A stretch of 41,873 bases of DNA from contig JAUXIB010000003.1 in assembly GCA_030621225.1 (NCBI GenBank), positions 1-41,873 on the forward strand, given 5' to 3'. The position numbers and the translations under genes were made by a program. Shown one piece after another: positions 8,510 to 18,080 of the stretch. How positions within the stretch are numbered: the first letter of the stretch is position 1; every line of letters begins with the position of its first letter. The notes under the pieces were generated by a model that was not told the DNA's origin, did no database searches, and saw only the letters and a program-made list of their open reading frames with translations. The stretch is from a candidate division FCPU426 bacterium. Its GTDB lineage: Bacteria > Oederibacteriota > JAUXIB01.

Positions 8510-9544
8510 ATGGTGATAACTGCCCTATTCATAATCCTTTTCTTTATTTTAATTTTACCGTTTCTCGTGCCGCGTGTAGAGCGGGAACTGGAGATATTCC
8601 TGTTTTTGATGGGGGTAATAGCGGTCAGCGTTAGCGGCAGGTGGAGTGTTGACTTAGTGCGGGAAGCTACATCGCATCCCTTACCGATTGCCGGTACTGT
8701 TTTGCTGGCCGGGTTTGTTTTCGCCCGGGGCAAACGTTATATTGCCAAAATGGTGGAATACATTTTGGCGCGGCGTAGTGGGCATACCTTTTTCTTTTTG
8801 TTGGTTCTTGTACTGAGTTTGTTGAGCAGTATGATAACCGCGATCATTGCCGCGCTCATCCTGGTAGAGGTGATCAGTATTCTCAAGCTGGACCGCAAGA
8901 CCGAGACGGAATTCACTATTATCGCCTGTTTTGCCATCGGACTGGGTGCTTGTCTTACGCCGGTGGGAGAGCCGCTTTCTACCATCGCGGTGGGTAAGCT
9001 GGCGGCGGAGCCATATAACGCCGGTTTTTTCTTTATGGTAGGGTTTCTGGGATGGCCGGTGTTGGTTGGGGTGGTGATTTTGGCGGTGGCCGCTGGTTTT
9101 TTGCACGGCAAAAAGGTAAGGACGCAGACTTTGTTCGATGTCGGCCCGCGTGAGGACACCCGGCGTATCTGCATTCGGGCGATAAAGGTATACCTTTTTG
9201 TAGCCGGGCTTTGGTTTCTTGGCGAGGGATACGCGGTGATCATCGATCGGTACGTAATCCATCTGCCTCATTACACGTTGTATTTTATTAACATTATATC
9301 GGCGGTACTGGATAACGCTACCCTGGCAGCGGCGGAGATCAGCCCCCAACTTAACGCCTTGCAGTTGAAGTCGGCGTTGCTTTCCCTGCTTGTTTCGGGC
9401 GGTATACTTATTCCTGGCAATATCCCCAATATAATCGCCGCCAATAAACTGGGTATTGGTAGTCGTGCCTGGGCGCGATACGGGGTGCCGATTGGCGTGG
9501 GGTTGCTATTGTTTTACTTTGTTTGGATTTTACTGGGCTGGTAG
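8510..9544 (+). CDS. DUF1646-family putative ion transporter (IT superfamily-like)
   Basis: LPFLVPRVERELEIFLFLMG, IGLGACLTPVGEPLSTIA, SAVLDNATLAAAEI, GILIPGNIPNIIAA. Confidence 0.8.
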   Translation: MVITALFIILFFILILPFLVPRVERELEIFLFLMGVIAVSVSGRWSVDLVREATSHPLPIAGTVLLAGFVFARGKRYIAKMVEYILARRSGHTFFFLLVLVLSLLSSMITAIIAALILVEVISILKLDRKTETEFTIIACFAIGLGACLTPVGEPLSTIAVGKLAAEPYNAGFFFMVGFLGWPVLVGVVILAVAAGFLHGKKVRTQTLFDVGPREDTRRICIRAIKVYLFVAGLWFLGEGYAVIIDRYVIHLPHYTLYFINIISAVLDNATLAAAEISPQLNALQLKSALLSLLVSGGILIPGNIPNIIAANKLGIGSRAWARYGVPIGVGLLLFYFVWILLGW

Positions 9545-9550
9545 TAAAGG

Positions 9551-9603
9551 AATTCTGAATTCTGAGTTATGAATTATGAATTCTCGGGACTAGGAACTCG
9601 GGG
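9551..9603. repeat. AATTCTG/AATTATG/AGTTATG heptamer array
   Basis: gaattct gaattct gagttat gaattat gaattct. The same family occurs at 14783, 16687 and 36572, and inverted at 30748. Confidence 0.8.
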
Positions 9604-9674
9604 ATCGTCGTTCATGGGATGTAGAATGCCACGCGAGTACCCGGCATCGAGCTCCAAGCCACGTTTATCTGTTG

Positions 9675-9692
9675 CCAGCCGAAGGCTGGTTA
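9675..9692 (+). repeat. Partial third copy of double-hairpin element (CCAGCC-GAA-GGCTGG)
   Basis: CCAGCCGAAGGCTGGTTA is identical to 1403-1420. Confidence 0.7.
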
Positions 9693-9709
9693 GTTAAAGC
9701 AAGGAAACA

Positions 9710-10699
9710 TTGAAACGTCTATATATAATCTTTGTGCTTTTTACCAGCGCTATCGCCTTTGGGGTGCTGGGGTATACGTTTCTGGAGGGGTGGACCTTTC
9801 TCGAGTCCCTTTATATGACGGTGATCACCCTGGCTACGGTAGGATACCGCGAGGTGCATCCGCTTTCTACTGCCGGACAGGTTTTTACCATTATCTTGAT
9901 CATCGTAGGATTAGGGATCTTTTTTCATGCCGCGAGATCTTTCGCGGTATTTATCGCGGACGGGAGTTTCCGTGAGTTGTTTATCAAACGTGCCAGGGAG
10001 AGAAAGATGAAGAGTATGAAAAATCACTATATTATATGTGGGTTTCACCGTATGGGGCGAGAGGTAGCTGTTGTTCTGCGGCGACGCCGGGAGCCTTTTG
10101 TCGTGGTGGATTGTGAACCTCCCCCGGATGACTGGCCGGCGTCGGGCGCTTATGTCCAGGGCAGTGCTGATGAAGAGGAGGTGCTGCTGCGGGCGGGGAT
10201 CAAGCAGGCCATCGGGCTTATTTCCGTGGTTGGGGAAGATGCCGAGAACGTTTTCATCACGCTTACGGCACGTAGCGTCAGTCCCAAGTTGAAGATAACC
10301 GCGCGGGCCAATACCACCGAGAGTGTGGCTAAGCTGAAAAGGGCCGGTGCCGATGTGGTTATATCGCCCTATGAGATATGCGGTCGCCGCCTGGTGGATT
10401 CATTGATGCGGCCGACCACGGTGGATTACATGGAAACAGTGATGACCTGTGGCGGATTGAAGTTTAATATATCGGAAGTGGAAGTTCCCGAGGATTCCCC
10501 GCTTGTTGGCAAGACGCTGTCTGAAGCGGACCCGCGTCGCCAGAGCGGCGCGCATATCCTGGCTATTCAGCGCCGGGCCGGGGCGCTGTTATCCAGCCCC
10601 GGGCCTGACGACCGCCTGGAGGAAGGGGACCAGTTGGTGGTGCTGGCGACTGATAACCAACTGAAGACCTTCCACCGGCTTATTGGCGACGGACGTTAG
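9710..10699 (+). CDS. 2-TM potassium channel with RCK (TrkA-N/TrkA-C) domains
   Basis: Pore helix and filter TLATVGYREV, RCK-N (ICGFHRMG, AGADVVISPY), RCK-C (AIQRRAG...GDQLVVLA). TTG start with AAGGA SD. Confidence 0.88.
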   Translation: MKRLYIIFVLFTSAIAFGVLGYTFLEGWTFLESLYMTVITLATVGYREVHPLSTAGQVFTIILIIVGLGIFFHAARSFAVFIADGSFRELFIKRARERKMKSMKNHYIICGFHRMGREVAVVLRRRREPFVVVDCEPPPDDWPASGAYVQGSADEEEVLLRAGIKQAIGLISVVGEDAENVFITLTARSVSPKLKITARANTTESVAKLKRAGADVVISPYEICGRRLVDSLMRPTTVDYMETVMTCGGLKFNISEVEVPEDSPLVGKTLSEADPRRQSGAHILAIQRRAGALLSSPGPDDRLEEGDQLVVLATDNQLKTFHRLIGDGR

Positions 10700-10788
10700 G
10701 GGACGGTTTTTAAGTTGATTTTGTTGAAAAACCATTTTCGCGAGGAGGGTTTTCGGACGGAATCAAGTTATTGTTGAGGAGGGAACCT

Positions 10789-12009
10789 GTGGAGTTGGAC
10801 TTTAGAAAAAGCATAATCTGTGTAATCTGTGTAATCTGTGGATTGACTGGTAATGCCAAGACCGTTAAGGATGAACTAAAGGAGCAGACGGCGTCCAAAT
10901 TGCCGGTCAAGCTGAGGATCAGCGAACTGCAGGTCAATCCCCAGACCACCTTCATCCTGCCCGACGGCAGCATTCGCATGAATGTGGAAGTGCTTAATCG
11001 CGGCGGTATATCTTTGGCGGCTACATCAAAATACAACTTTGTCAATAGTGACATAGACTATCGCATTAAATACTCGTATGTTTTCGGCAGAAACAACATC
11101 GGCCTGTCTGTTTTTGACAGTATAGATTTTGAGAAGGTTTTTTCCGATAGCCGTTTTATTGCCCGCAAGCGCGGCGGTGAAGGGGGATATTGGCGGCGTC
11201 TGGGCAGGTTTTACAGCATTGGCATGACGCTTTCAAGTGAGCAGCATTTCATGGTGCCGTTGGTGGAAGAGACTGTAGACTATGATAAGTCTACGCTCAA
11301 TAGCGGCACGACGCGTTTGGCTTATGATTCTCGCGACAATGGCAGCGACCCGCGCGCGGGTACTATGTACTGGGTGAGTTTCAAGCAGGCTACTGAGGAA
11401 CTGGACGGAGATTACCGTTACAACAAGGCCGAAATGGGACTGCGTAAATATTTCGGCTTGCGTTTTTTCGCCGCCGAAGATGCCGAGCCGAAAGAGAAGA
11501 AAAAGCGGAAAAGTAAGAAGAAAAAAAAGAATAAAGTGGCACCGGGAAAGAACCTGATCATTGCGCTGGAAGGTCTTTACGGAGCGGTTCCTTACAAGCG
11601 GCGGATCAGCGCCGAGCGTGAAGCGGTGCCTTATCTGGATCATTATCGTCTGGGCGGCTTTCGCAACTTGCGTGGTTACGCGGTAGACGAATTCATGGGG
11701 GAGGATGTTGTCAGTCAGCGGGTGGAGGTTCGTCTCTCCTACAAGGCCACGGAACCCGTGGGCAAGATTTGGGGGCTTTACTTTGACCGGATAGAGCTTG
11801 TTGGCAGCTATGACGTCGGGGTTATCGGCGAAAACGTCTATTGCCGTCGGGGTTACCTGCGGCAGGTCGCCCGCCAGGGGGTTGCCTATGGCTTTCGTTT
11901 CAAGCTTAATGTTAAACGGAAGATTAGTATGATACTATATTTGATGGAGGGGCGAGCTTTGCGGCAGAACAGGGACGGGGTGTTTTATCTTTCATATACT
12001 ATTTATTAG
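10789..12009 (+). CDS. Omp85-superfamily (Bac_surface_Ag-like) beta-barrel protein without obvious POTRA domains
   Basis: AYDSRDNGSDPRAG, YRLGGFRNLRGY (L6 VRGY-like motif), alternating aromatic C-terminal strand. GTG 10789 follows GAGGAGG; signal-peptide-like N-terminus. Confidence 0.65.
   Translation: MELDFRKSIICVICVICGLTGNAKTVKDELKEQTASKLPVKLRISELQVNPQTTFILPDGSIRMNVEVLNRGGISLAATSKYNFVNSDIDYRIKYSYVFGRNNIGLSVFDSIDFEKVFSDSRFIARKRGGEGGYWRRLGRFYSIGMTLSSEQHFMVPLVEETVDYDKSTLNSGTTRLAYDSRDNGSDPRAGTMYWVSFKQATEELDGDYRYNKAEMGLRKYFGLRFFAAEDAEPKEKKKRKSKKKKKNKVAPGKNLIIALEGLYGAVPYKRRISAEREAVPYLDHYRLGGFRNLRGYAVDEFMGEDVVSQRVEVRLSYKATEPVGKIWGLYFDRIELVGSYDVGVIGENVYCRRGYLRQVARQGVAYGFRFKLNVKRKISMILYLMEGRALRQNRDGVFYLSYTIY
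10814..10841 (+). repeat. 3 x 9-nt TAATCTGTG repeat inside CDS (ICVICVICG)
   Basis: taatctgtg taatctgtg taatctgtg g. Confidence 0.9.
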
Positions 12010-12083
12010 TCGCTAGTCTCTTGTCTCTAGTGCGTTTTGCCTTGATCCACCAGCGACTAGCGACCGGCGACCAGCGACAACGA
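12007..12083. repeat. Heptamer hairpin (TAGTCGC / YAGCGAC arms)
   Basis: tagtcgc tagtctc ttgtctc tagtgcg ... cagcgac tagcgac cggcgac cagcgac. Confidence 0.8.
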
Positions 12084-12096
12084 AGGAGCATAAACT

Positions 12097-14778
12097 ATGG
12101 TAATGAAATTACTGGCGAAAATATTCGGCACCAAGCACGAGCGCGAGGTGAAACGTTTGCAGCCGATAGTGGACAGCGTCAATGCTTTGGAAGCGGAGAT
12201 GCGCAAGCTTTCGGACGGGGAAATGCAGGCCAAGACGGCTGAGTTCCGGCGGCGCATCAAGCAGCAGCTGGCGCACGGCGATCAGGAGGAAGACGCGTTG
12301 AACGATATCCTGCCGGAAGCTTTCGCCCTGGTGCGCGAGGCCGGCCGGCGCACTATCAAGCAGCGGCATTTTGACGTGCAGTTGATGGGTGGTGTTATAT
12401 TACACGAGGGTAAAGTCGCTGAGATGAAGACCGGGGAAGGAAAGACCCTGGTAGCTACTTTGCCGCTTTATCTTAATGCTTTGACCGGCCGGGGAGCGCA
12501 TCTGGTTACGACCAACGAATATCTTGCCGAGTGCGGCAGTGTTGGCGCCGGCGATTTTCTCGGCATGGGTAATATCTACGAATTTCTGGGGCTGACCGTT
12601 GGCTGTCTTAAGCACGGTATGGAAACTGAGGAGCGGCAGGCTACTTATAACGCTGATGTTACCTACGGCACAGTGTCCGAGTTTGGCTTTGATTATCTGC
12701 GTGATAATATGGCGCCGCATAAGGACGCTCAGGTGCAGCAGAAGGGCAGGCATTTCGTTATCGTTGACGAGGTAGATAACACCCTGATCGACGAAGCGCG
12801 GACGCCGCTGATCATCTCCGGTCCCGCTGAAGAGGCGACGGAAAAGTATTCTCAGATAAATAATATCATGCCGCGCTTTAATCGGGACGAGGACTATACT
12901 ATAGACGAGAAAGCCAAGACGGCCACCTTGACCGAAAAGGGCGTTACCAAGGCGGAAAAACTGCTGGGTGTGGATAACCTTTACGAGGGAGAAAACATAG
13001 AACTGGTGCACCATGTCAACAAGGCACTAGTGGCACACGTCATCTATAAACGGGATGTGCACTATGTGGTCAAGGACAACGAGGTGATGATCGTGGACGA
13101 GTTCACTGGGCGGCTGATGCCCGGGCGCCGCTGGTCGGACGGCCTGCACCAGGCGGTGGAGGCCAAGGAGCGGGTGAAGATAGAACGAGAGAACCAGACC
13201 CTGGCCACGATCACTATCCAGAATTATTTCCGTATGTATGAAAAGCTCTCTGGTATGACCGGTACGGCCGCGACGGAGGCGGAGGAGCTCGGCGAGATAT
13301 ATAAGCTGGACGTGGCGGTCGTGCCGACAAACGAGCCGATGGTCCGCTTGGACATCGACGACGCCGTTTACCGTTCGGTGCGGGAGAAGGACGAGGCCAT
13401 TATCAAGGAGGTAAAGCGGGCGAACGAAAAAGGCCAGCCGGTGCTGGTGGGTACGGTCTCGGTGGAACGTAACGAGAAGATGAGTAAGATGCTGAGTCGG
13501 CAGGGTGTCAAACACGAGATCCTCAACGCCAAGAACCATGGCCGGGAAGCGGAGATAATATCGCTGGCGGGACAGAAAAGCTCGGTTACCGTGGCTACGA
13601 ATATGGCCGGTCGCGGCACGGATATCAAACTGGGCGAAGGGGTGAAGGAGGTGGGCGGTCTAAAGGTTATCGGTACCGAGCGGCATGAGGCGCGGCGCAT
13701 AGATAACCAGTTGCGTGGCCGTTCCGGCCGCCAGGGCGACGCCGGCGAGAGTCGTTTCTTTGTCTCGATGGAAGACGACTTGATGCGTATTTTTGGCTCG
13801 GAGCGTATGGTTGGTATGATGGACAAACTGGGCCTGGAAGACGGCCAAGTGATAGAACACCCCTGGGTGTCCAAGGCCATTCGGCGCGCCCAGACGAAGG
13901 TGGAACAGCACAACTTCGACATCCGTAAACACCTGCTGGAGTTTGATGACGTGATGAATCGGCAGCGCGAGGTGGTTTATGGCAGGCGTCAGGCCATCTT
14001 GGACGGCGCGGAGCAGAAAGAACGAGTGCAGGTGATGATGGAGGAAGTTTGCGAGGATAAAGTCGCTAGCTATGCGCCAGCGAAAACATATCCGGAAGAA
14101 TGGAACTGGGACGGGCTTAACGTTTGGCTGGAGAGCCACCGCTTGCCGCATGTCATTCTCTCCGAGGAAGATCAACGGGGTATGAAGCGCGATGTCCTGA
14201 AAGAGGAACTGGTTAAAAGGTTCCGTGAGGTTTTTGATAAAAAGGGAGACGATCTGGGCGCCGAGGTGATGCGCCATCTGGAGCGCCAGATGATCCTGCA
14301 GGAATTGGACTCTTTGTGGAAGGATCATCTTTACGCTATGGATTCGCTCAAGGAAGGTATCGGGCTGCGCGGTTACGGGCAACTGGATCCGATAATCGAG
14401 TACAAGAAGGAAGGCTTTGCGATGTTCGGGGAGCTGATCGTGCATTTGCAGGAAAACATTCTGCGTACGCTTTGTCTGGTTCAGGTGCACGGTGAGATCA
14501 GTGAAGCGCGGCATGTCTTTGCTTCTAAATTCCGGGAGGAGAAGGCTGAATTTGATCCGCGCCGCTACCGTCAGCAGCAACAACCGCCGCCCCAACAACA
14601 GCAGATGCCCGGCGGCGCAGAGGGATATTCCCAGGAGGACTGGCAGGCCGCGCAGCAGGCCGGCGGTGACAGTCCGCGCGGAGTTACCTTTAAGCGCGAT
14701 CAACCAAAGGTCGGCCGCAACGACCCGTGCCCCTGTGGCAGCGGTAAGAAGTATAAGAAGTGCTGTGGGGCGCAGTAG
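12097..14778 (+). CDS. secA: Preprotein translocase ATPase SecA
   Basis: [10 protein letters not shown] Walker [35 protein letters not shown]-terminal SEC-C motif [18 protein letters not shown]. Confidence 0.98.
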   Translation: MVMKLLAKIFGTKHEREVKRLQPIVDSVNALEAEMRKLSDGEMQAKTAEFRRRIKQQLAHGDQEEDALNDILPEAFALVREAGRRTIKQRHFDVQLMGGVILHEGKVAEMKTGEGKTLVATLPLYLNALTGRGAHLVTTNEYLAECGSVGAGDFLGMGNIYEFLGLTVGCLKHGMETEERQATYNADVTYGTVSEFGFDYLRDNMAPHKDAQVQQKGRHFVIVDEVDNTLIDEARTPLIISGPAEEATEKYSQINNIMPRFNRDEDYTIDEKAKTATLTEKGVTKAEKLLGVDNLYEGENIELVHHVNKALVAHVIYKRDVHYVVKDNEVMIVDEFTGRLMPGRRWSDGLHQAVEAKERVKIERENQTLATITIQNYFRMYEKLSGMTGTAATEAEELGEIYKLDVAVVPTNEPMVRLDIDDAVYRSVREKDEAIIKEVKRANEKGQPVLVGTVSVERNEKMSKMLSRQGVKHEILNAKNHGREAEIISLAGQKSSVTVATNMAGRGTDIKLGEGVKEVGGLKVIGTERHEARRIDNQLRGRSGRQGDAGESRFFVSMEDDLMRIFGSERMVGMMDKLGLEDGQVIEHPWVSKAIRRAQTKVEQHNFDIRKHLLEFDDVMNRQREVVYGRRQAILDGAEQKERVQVMMEEVCEDKVASYAPAKTYPEEWNWDGLNVWLESHRLPHVILSEEDQRGMKRDVLKEELVKRFREVFDKKGDDLGAEVMRHLERQMILQELDSLWKDHLYAMDSLKEGIGLRGYGQLDPIIEYKKEGFAMFGELIVHLQENILRTLCLVQVHGEISEARHVFASKFREEKAEFDPRRYRQQQQPPPQQQQMPGGAEGYSQEDWQAAQQAGGDSPRGVTFKRDQPKVGRNDPCPCGSGKKYKKCCGAQ

Positions 14779-14876
14779 TATGAGAATTCTGAATTATGAG
14801 TTATGAATTATGAAGAAGGTACGCGGTACACAGGAAACAGGATACAGGGGGCTGGATAGGGAATTCTGAGTTATAA
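14779..14876. repeat. Composite array AATTATG(n) - GGTACAC/AGGATAC - GGGGGCTGGATAGGGAATTC
   Basis: The same ordered blocks occur at 16672-16715, 23876-23935 and 36572-36618, and inverted at 30721-30770. Confidence 0.8.
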
Positions 14877-14888
14877 GGGTATGGATTT

Positions 14889-14909
14889 CCTCTCCCTTGA
14901 GGGGAGAGG
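14889..14909. repeat. Palindrome CCTCTCCC-ttgag-GGGAGAGG
   Basis: Perfect 8-bp stem. Confidence 0.7.
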
Positions 14910-14952
14910 GTGATGTTCCCGGGCATACGAGTCCTAAACACGGAGGTAAACG

Positions 14953-16659
14953 TTGAAAAGTAAGCTAGCTGTTCTTTCGTTCATCCTGCTGGTTGCGATC
15001 GCAGGTTGCAACAAGCAATCCGCTGAGAAGCCGAAGGTTGACGAACTGCGGCAGGTGGGCAAATATGGCGGCCGTTTGACTTTGGCCACGCTCTCCGATC
15101 CCAAGTCTTTTAACATGATCATTGCGCAGGAGACGAGTACCACGAACGCACTGGCTTACCTCTTTGAAGGGTTGACCGATACCGACGGCGTGACCGCTGA
15201 GGTAAGGCCGAAATTGGCTGAGAGCTGGACGCATTCCGAGGACGGGAAGGTCTGGGATTTTAAATTGCGCGAGGATGTTCTTTGGTTCGATGGCGAGCGC
15301 TTTACTGCCGATGACGTGGTTTTTACTTTTAATAAGCTGGTCTATAATCCCGCGGTTCCCAACAGCGCCAGGGATGTACTGACCATCGAGGGCCAAGCGA
15401 TCAAGGTGGAGAAACTGGATGATTTCCGGGTGCGTTTTACGTTGCCTAAGCCTTTTGCCCCTTTTCTGCGTTACGTGGGTGAGTCTATCTTGCCGCAGCA
15501 TATCTTGGCCGAGTCAGTAAAGGCAGGGAAGTTTACCTCTACCTGGGGCGTGGACACCCCGCCTGAGCAGCTTATCGGCACCGGGCCCTATAAACTGGTC
15601 GAATACAAGTCCGGACAGCGTCTGGTATATCGCCGTAATCTTTCCTACTGGCAGCTGAACGAGGAGGGGGAACGGCTGCCGTATATTGAAGAGATCGTAG
15701 TGCTAATCGTGCCTAGTCTTGAGACACACCCCATCAAATTTCTTAACCGCGAGATAGACGCTTTCAGCATGCGCGGCGAGGACTACATGACCCTGCAGCC
15801 AAAAGAAGCACAGGAGAATTTCACTATATATGATGCGGGGCCTGCTACGGGAACGCTCTTTCTCGCTTTTAATCAAAATCCGGATCATCTAGCGCGCGCT
15901 AAGTATAAATGGTTTACCGATCTCAATTTCCGGCGGGCGATGGCCCACGCCATGGACAAGCAAAGTATGATAGATAACATTGCCTTTGGCCAGGGGTATC
16001 CTCAACACTCGGCCGCGTCGGTCGCAAATAAGATATTCCATAATCCTAATGTCCGTAAATACGAGTATGACCTGGAAAAGTCAAAGGCTTATCTGCGCAA
16101 AGCGGAGATGATCGACCGTGACGGCGACGGGGTGCGCGAGGACCGCGACGGTAACCCGGTTCGATTTATGTTGTTGACCAATAGCGGTAACACGGTGCGG
16201 CAGGATCTGGGGGTGATGATCAAGGACGATTTGGCCAAGCTGGGTGTGCAGGTGGATTTCAAGCCGATAGACTTTAATGTCCTAGTGACGCATCTTAACA
16301 GCAGTTTTGACTGGCAGGCGATGATCATTGGTTTTACCGGCGGCGTTGAGCCGCACGGCGGGAAAAACCTTTGGCATTCATCCGGCTCGCTGCACCTGTG
16401 GCATCCACTGCAGAAGAGTCCGGCTACCGTCTGGGAAGCGGAGATAGACGAACTTTTTGAGCGGGGCGCTCAGGAGTTGGACCAAGAGAAAAGACAACAG
16501 ATATATTACCGTTGGCAAGAAGTCGTTGCGGAGCAATTGCCGGTCATCTATACCATCAATCAGGCGTCGCTCTATGCGGTGCGTGACAGATTTGTGAACT
16601 TGCAGCCTACCGCTTATGGCGGCATCTTTCATAACATTGAGGAAATATACATTAAGTAG
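14953..16659 (+). CDS. Peptide/nickel ABC transporter substrate-binding lipoprotein (SBP family 5)
   Basis: Lipobox VAIAGC, LFEGL, PKLAESW, WFDGERFTADDVVFT, IGTGPYKL, DLNFRRAMAHAMD. TTG start with GGAGG SD. Confidence 0.93.
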   Translation: MKSKLAVLSFILLVAIAGCNKQSAEKPKVDELRQVGKYGGRLTLATLSDPKSFNMIIAQETSTTNALAYLFEGLTDTDGVTAEVRPKLAESWTHSEDGKVWDFKLREDVLWFDGERFTADDVVFTFNKLVYNPAVPNSARDVLTIEGQAIKVEKLDDFRVRFTLPKPFAPFLRYVGESILPQHILAESVKAGKFTSTWGVDTPPEQLIGTGPYKLVEYKSGQRLVYRRNLSYWQLNEEGERLPYIEEIVVLIVPSLETHPIKFLNREIDAFSMRGEDYMTLQPKEAQENFTIYDAGPATGTLFLAFNQNPDHLARAKYKWFTDLNFRRAMAHAMDKQSMIDNIAFGQGYPQHSAASVANKIFHNPNVRKYEYDLEKSKAYLRKAEMIDRDGDGVREDRDGNPVRFMLLTNSGNTVRQDLGVMIKDDLAKLGVQVDFKPIDFNVLVTHLNSSFDWQAMIIGFTGGVEPHGGKNLWHSSGSLHLWHPLQKSPATVWEAEIDELFERGAQELDQEKRQQIYYRWQEVVAEQLPVIYTINQASLYAVRDRFVNLQPTAYGGIFHNIEEIYIK

Positions 16660-16671
16660 GGGTGTGCAAAC

Positions 16672-16838
16672 GGGGGCTGGATAGGGAATTCTGAATTATG
16701 AATTCTGAGTTATGAAAACGGTGGGCAGGGGTCGGTAGTCCAAATGTCAAAGGTCTGAACGTCGAAGGTCAAACGTCGAACGTTGTGGTCAGTAGTCAGT
16801 AGACAGCGAGCTACGAACTACGCGCTACGAACTGCGAA
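16672..16838. repeat. Long composite heptamer array
   Basis: AATTCTG block, CAAAGGT/CAAACGT block, GTCAGTA block, CGAGCTA/CGAACTA block. The 3' part is an inverse of 2074-2153. Confidence 0.85.
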
Positions 16839-16855
16839 TTAAAAGGAGAACAATT

Positions 16856-17614
16856 ATGAAAAAAATCTATCCTAGCTTGCTTCTATGCGGCTTGCTGCTT
16901 ACTTCTTCCTGCTTAACCGCGCTCAGCGTTGATGACGTCTTCGCCATGCTGGAAGAGAACCAGCAGTCGATAGAGACAATACGTTTGGTGTCGCAGACGA
17001 AGATGACCATGTCTATGGGCGGTAGCCCGCCGCAACCGGCGATGAACCAGAAGATGAGTATGGTTTTTAAGAAACCCAACAAGGTCAGGATGACGACAGT
17101 GGTGGAGGCGATGGGGGCGCCGCCGCAGGAGACGGTCTACGCTTTTGACGGCAAGCAGGCGGTGCATAAGGGTTCAGACGGAACGGTGCAGCCGGTACCC
17201 GTGGATGAGCAGGTGGCCCGTTTGCCGATGGATTCATGGAAAATCCCCGAGGAGTTGAAGAGTAAATGTAAGATAGTCTCCCGGGACGGGGATCTTGTCA
17301 CGCTGGCGGTGGACGGTTTCTTCGGCGAAGGGGTGCGGGGGATGGAGAACATGCCCTTCAAGAAGACGATCGTTCAGGTGGATATGAAAAAAGGTGTTTT
17401 GACTGGCATGGACGTCTATGACGCCGCGGGCACGAAGATGATGACTACGACCATGACCTATGAAGCAAAGACTAGCGTCTGGATCCCCGAGCGGATAGAA
17501 ATGACCATGGATATGGAGCAGGGCGGTATGAGTATGAAGATGGCGATGGAGATGGTGTTTTCTGAGGTAGAGGTGAACGGGAAAATAGCCGATAGTGAGT
17601 TTCGTTTGGACTAA
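16856..17614 (+). CDS. Exported LolA-like / lipoprotein-sorting-fold protein, Met-rich
   Basis: Signal peptide, FKKPNKVRM, YAFDGK, VWIPERIEM and C-terminal EVNGKIADSEF resemble LolA-like folds. AAGGAG SD. Confidence 0.6.
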   Translation: MKKIYPSLLLCGLLLTSSCLTALSVDDVFAMLEENQQSIETIRLVSQTKMTMSMGGSPPQPAMNQKMSMVFKKPNKVRMTTVVEAMGAPPQETVYAFDGKQAVHKGSDGTVQPVPVDEQVARLPMDSWKIPEELKSKCKIVSRDGDLVTLAVDGFFGEGVRGMENMPFKKTIVQVDMKKGVLTGMDVYDAAGTKMMTTTMTYEAKTSVWIPERIEMTMDMEQGGMSMKMAMEMVFSEVEVNGKIADSEFRLD

Positions 17615-17780
17615 TTCCATATTATTTGATGGGGGCAATTTACTCACCTGAGGTTTGTCTTCTGGATCTAATCGTTGAGACATTGTTTTACGGCAATCGG
17701 TTGTTTTTGCTCTCAGTGATGCCACGTCATTACTTGGGAGGTTTTACGTTCACTGTTTTAAAACGGAAAAGGAGCAGCAA

Positions 17781-18080
17781 ATGTTACATGAACCATCCGG
17801 AGATTGTGGCCCGGACTATGCCGTGGAGTATAAGGCGCGTCTTGGAGTGAGGATGTTTATTTTATATACCGCAATTTACGCTGGTTTTGTGGTCGTGAAT
17901 GTCATTAGCCCATTATCCATGGAGAAAATCGTATTTTTCGGGCTTAATCTGGCGGTTGTTTACGGGTTTGGCCTGATTATTTTTGCTTTAATTCTTGCCC
18001 TCATATATAACTCGATGTGTGGTAGGGAAGAAGAAAAATGCCGTAAAATTGCTGAAAATGAAAAGGGTGGTGAAAAATGA
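17781..18080 (+). CDS. DUF485 (YjcH-like) small membrane protein
   Basis: RLGVRMFILYTAIYAGFVVVN..GLNLAVVYGFGLI; 4-nt overlap with the downstream actP-like gene, the usual arrangement. Confidence 0.88.
   Translation: MLHEPSGDCGPDYAVEYKARLGVRMFILYTAIYAGFVVVNVISPLSMEKIVFFGLNLAVVYGFGLIIFALILALIYNSMCGREEEKCRKIAENEKGGEK

Noticed and set aside
14570-14605. SecA Gln/Pro tract as a contingency locus
   Set aside because: Mixed CAG/CAA codons in the normally variable C-terminal linker; in-frame and unremarkable.
13660-14703. 347-aa minus-strand ORF
   Set aside because: Antisense shadow of secA; no recognisable motifs.
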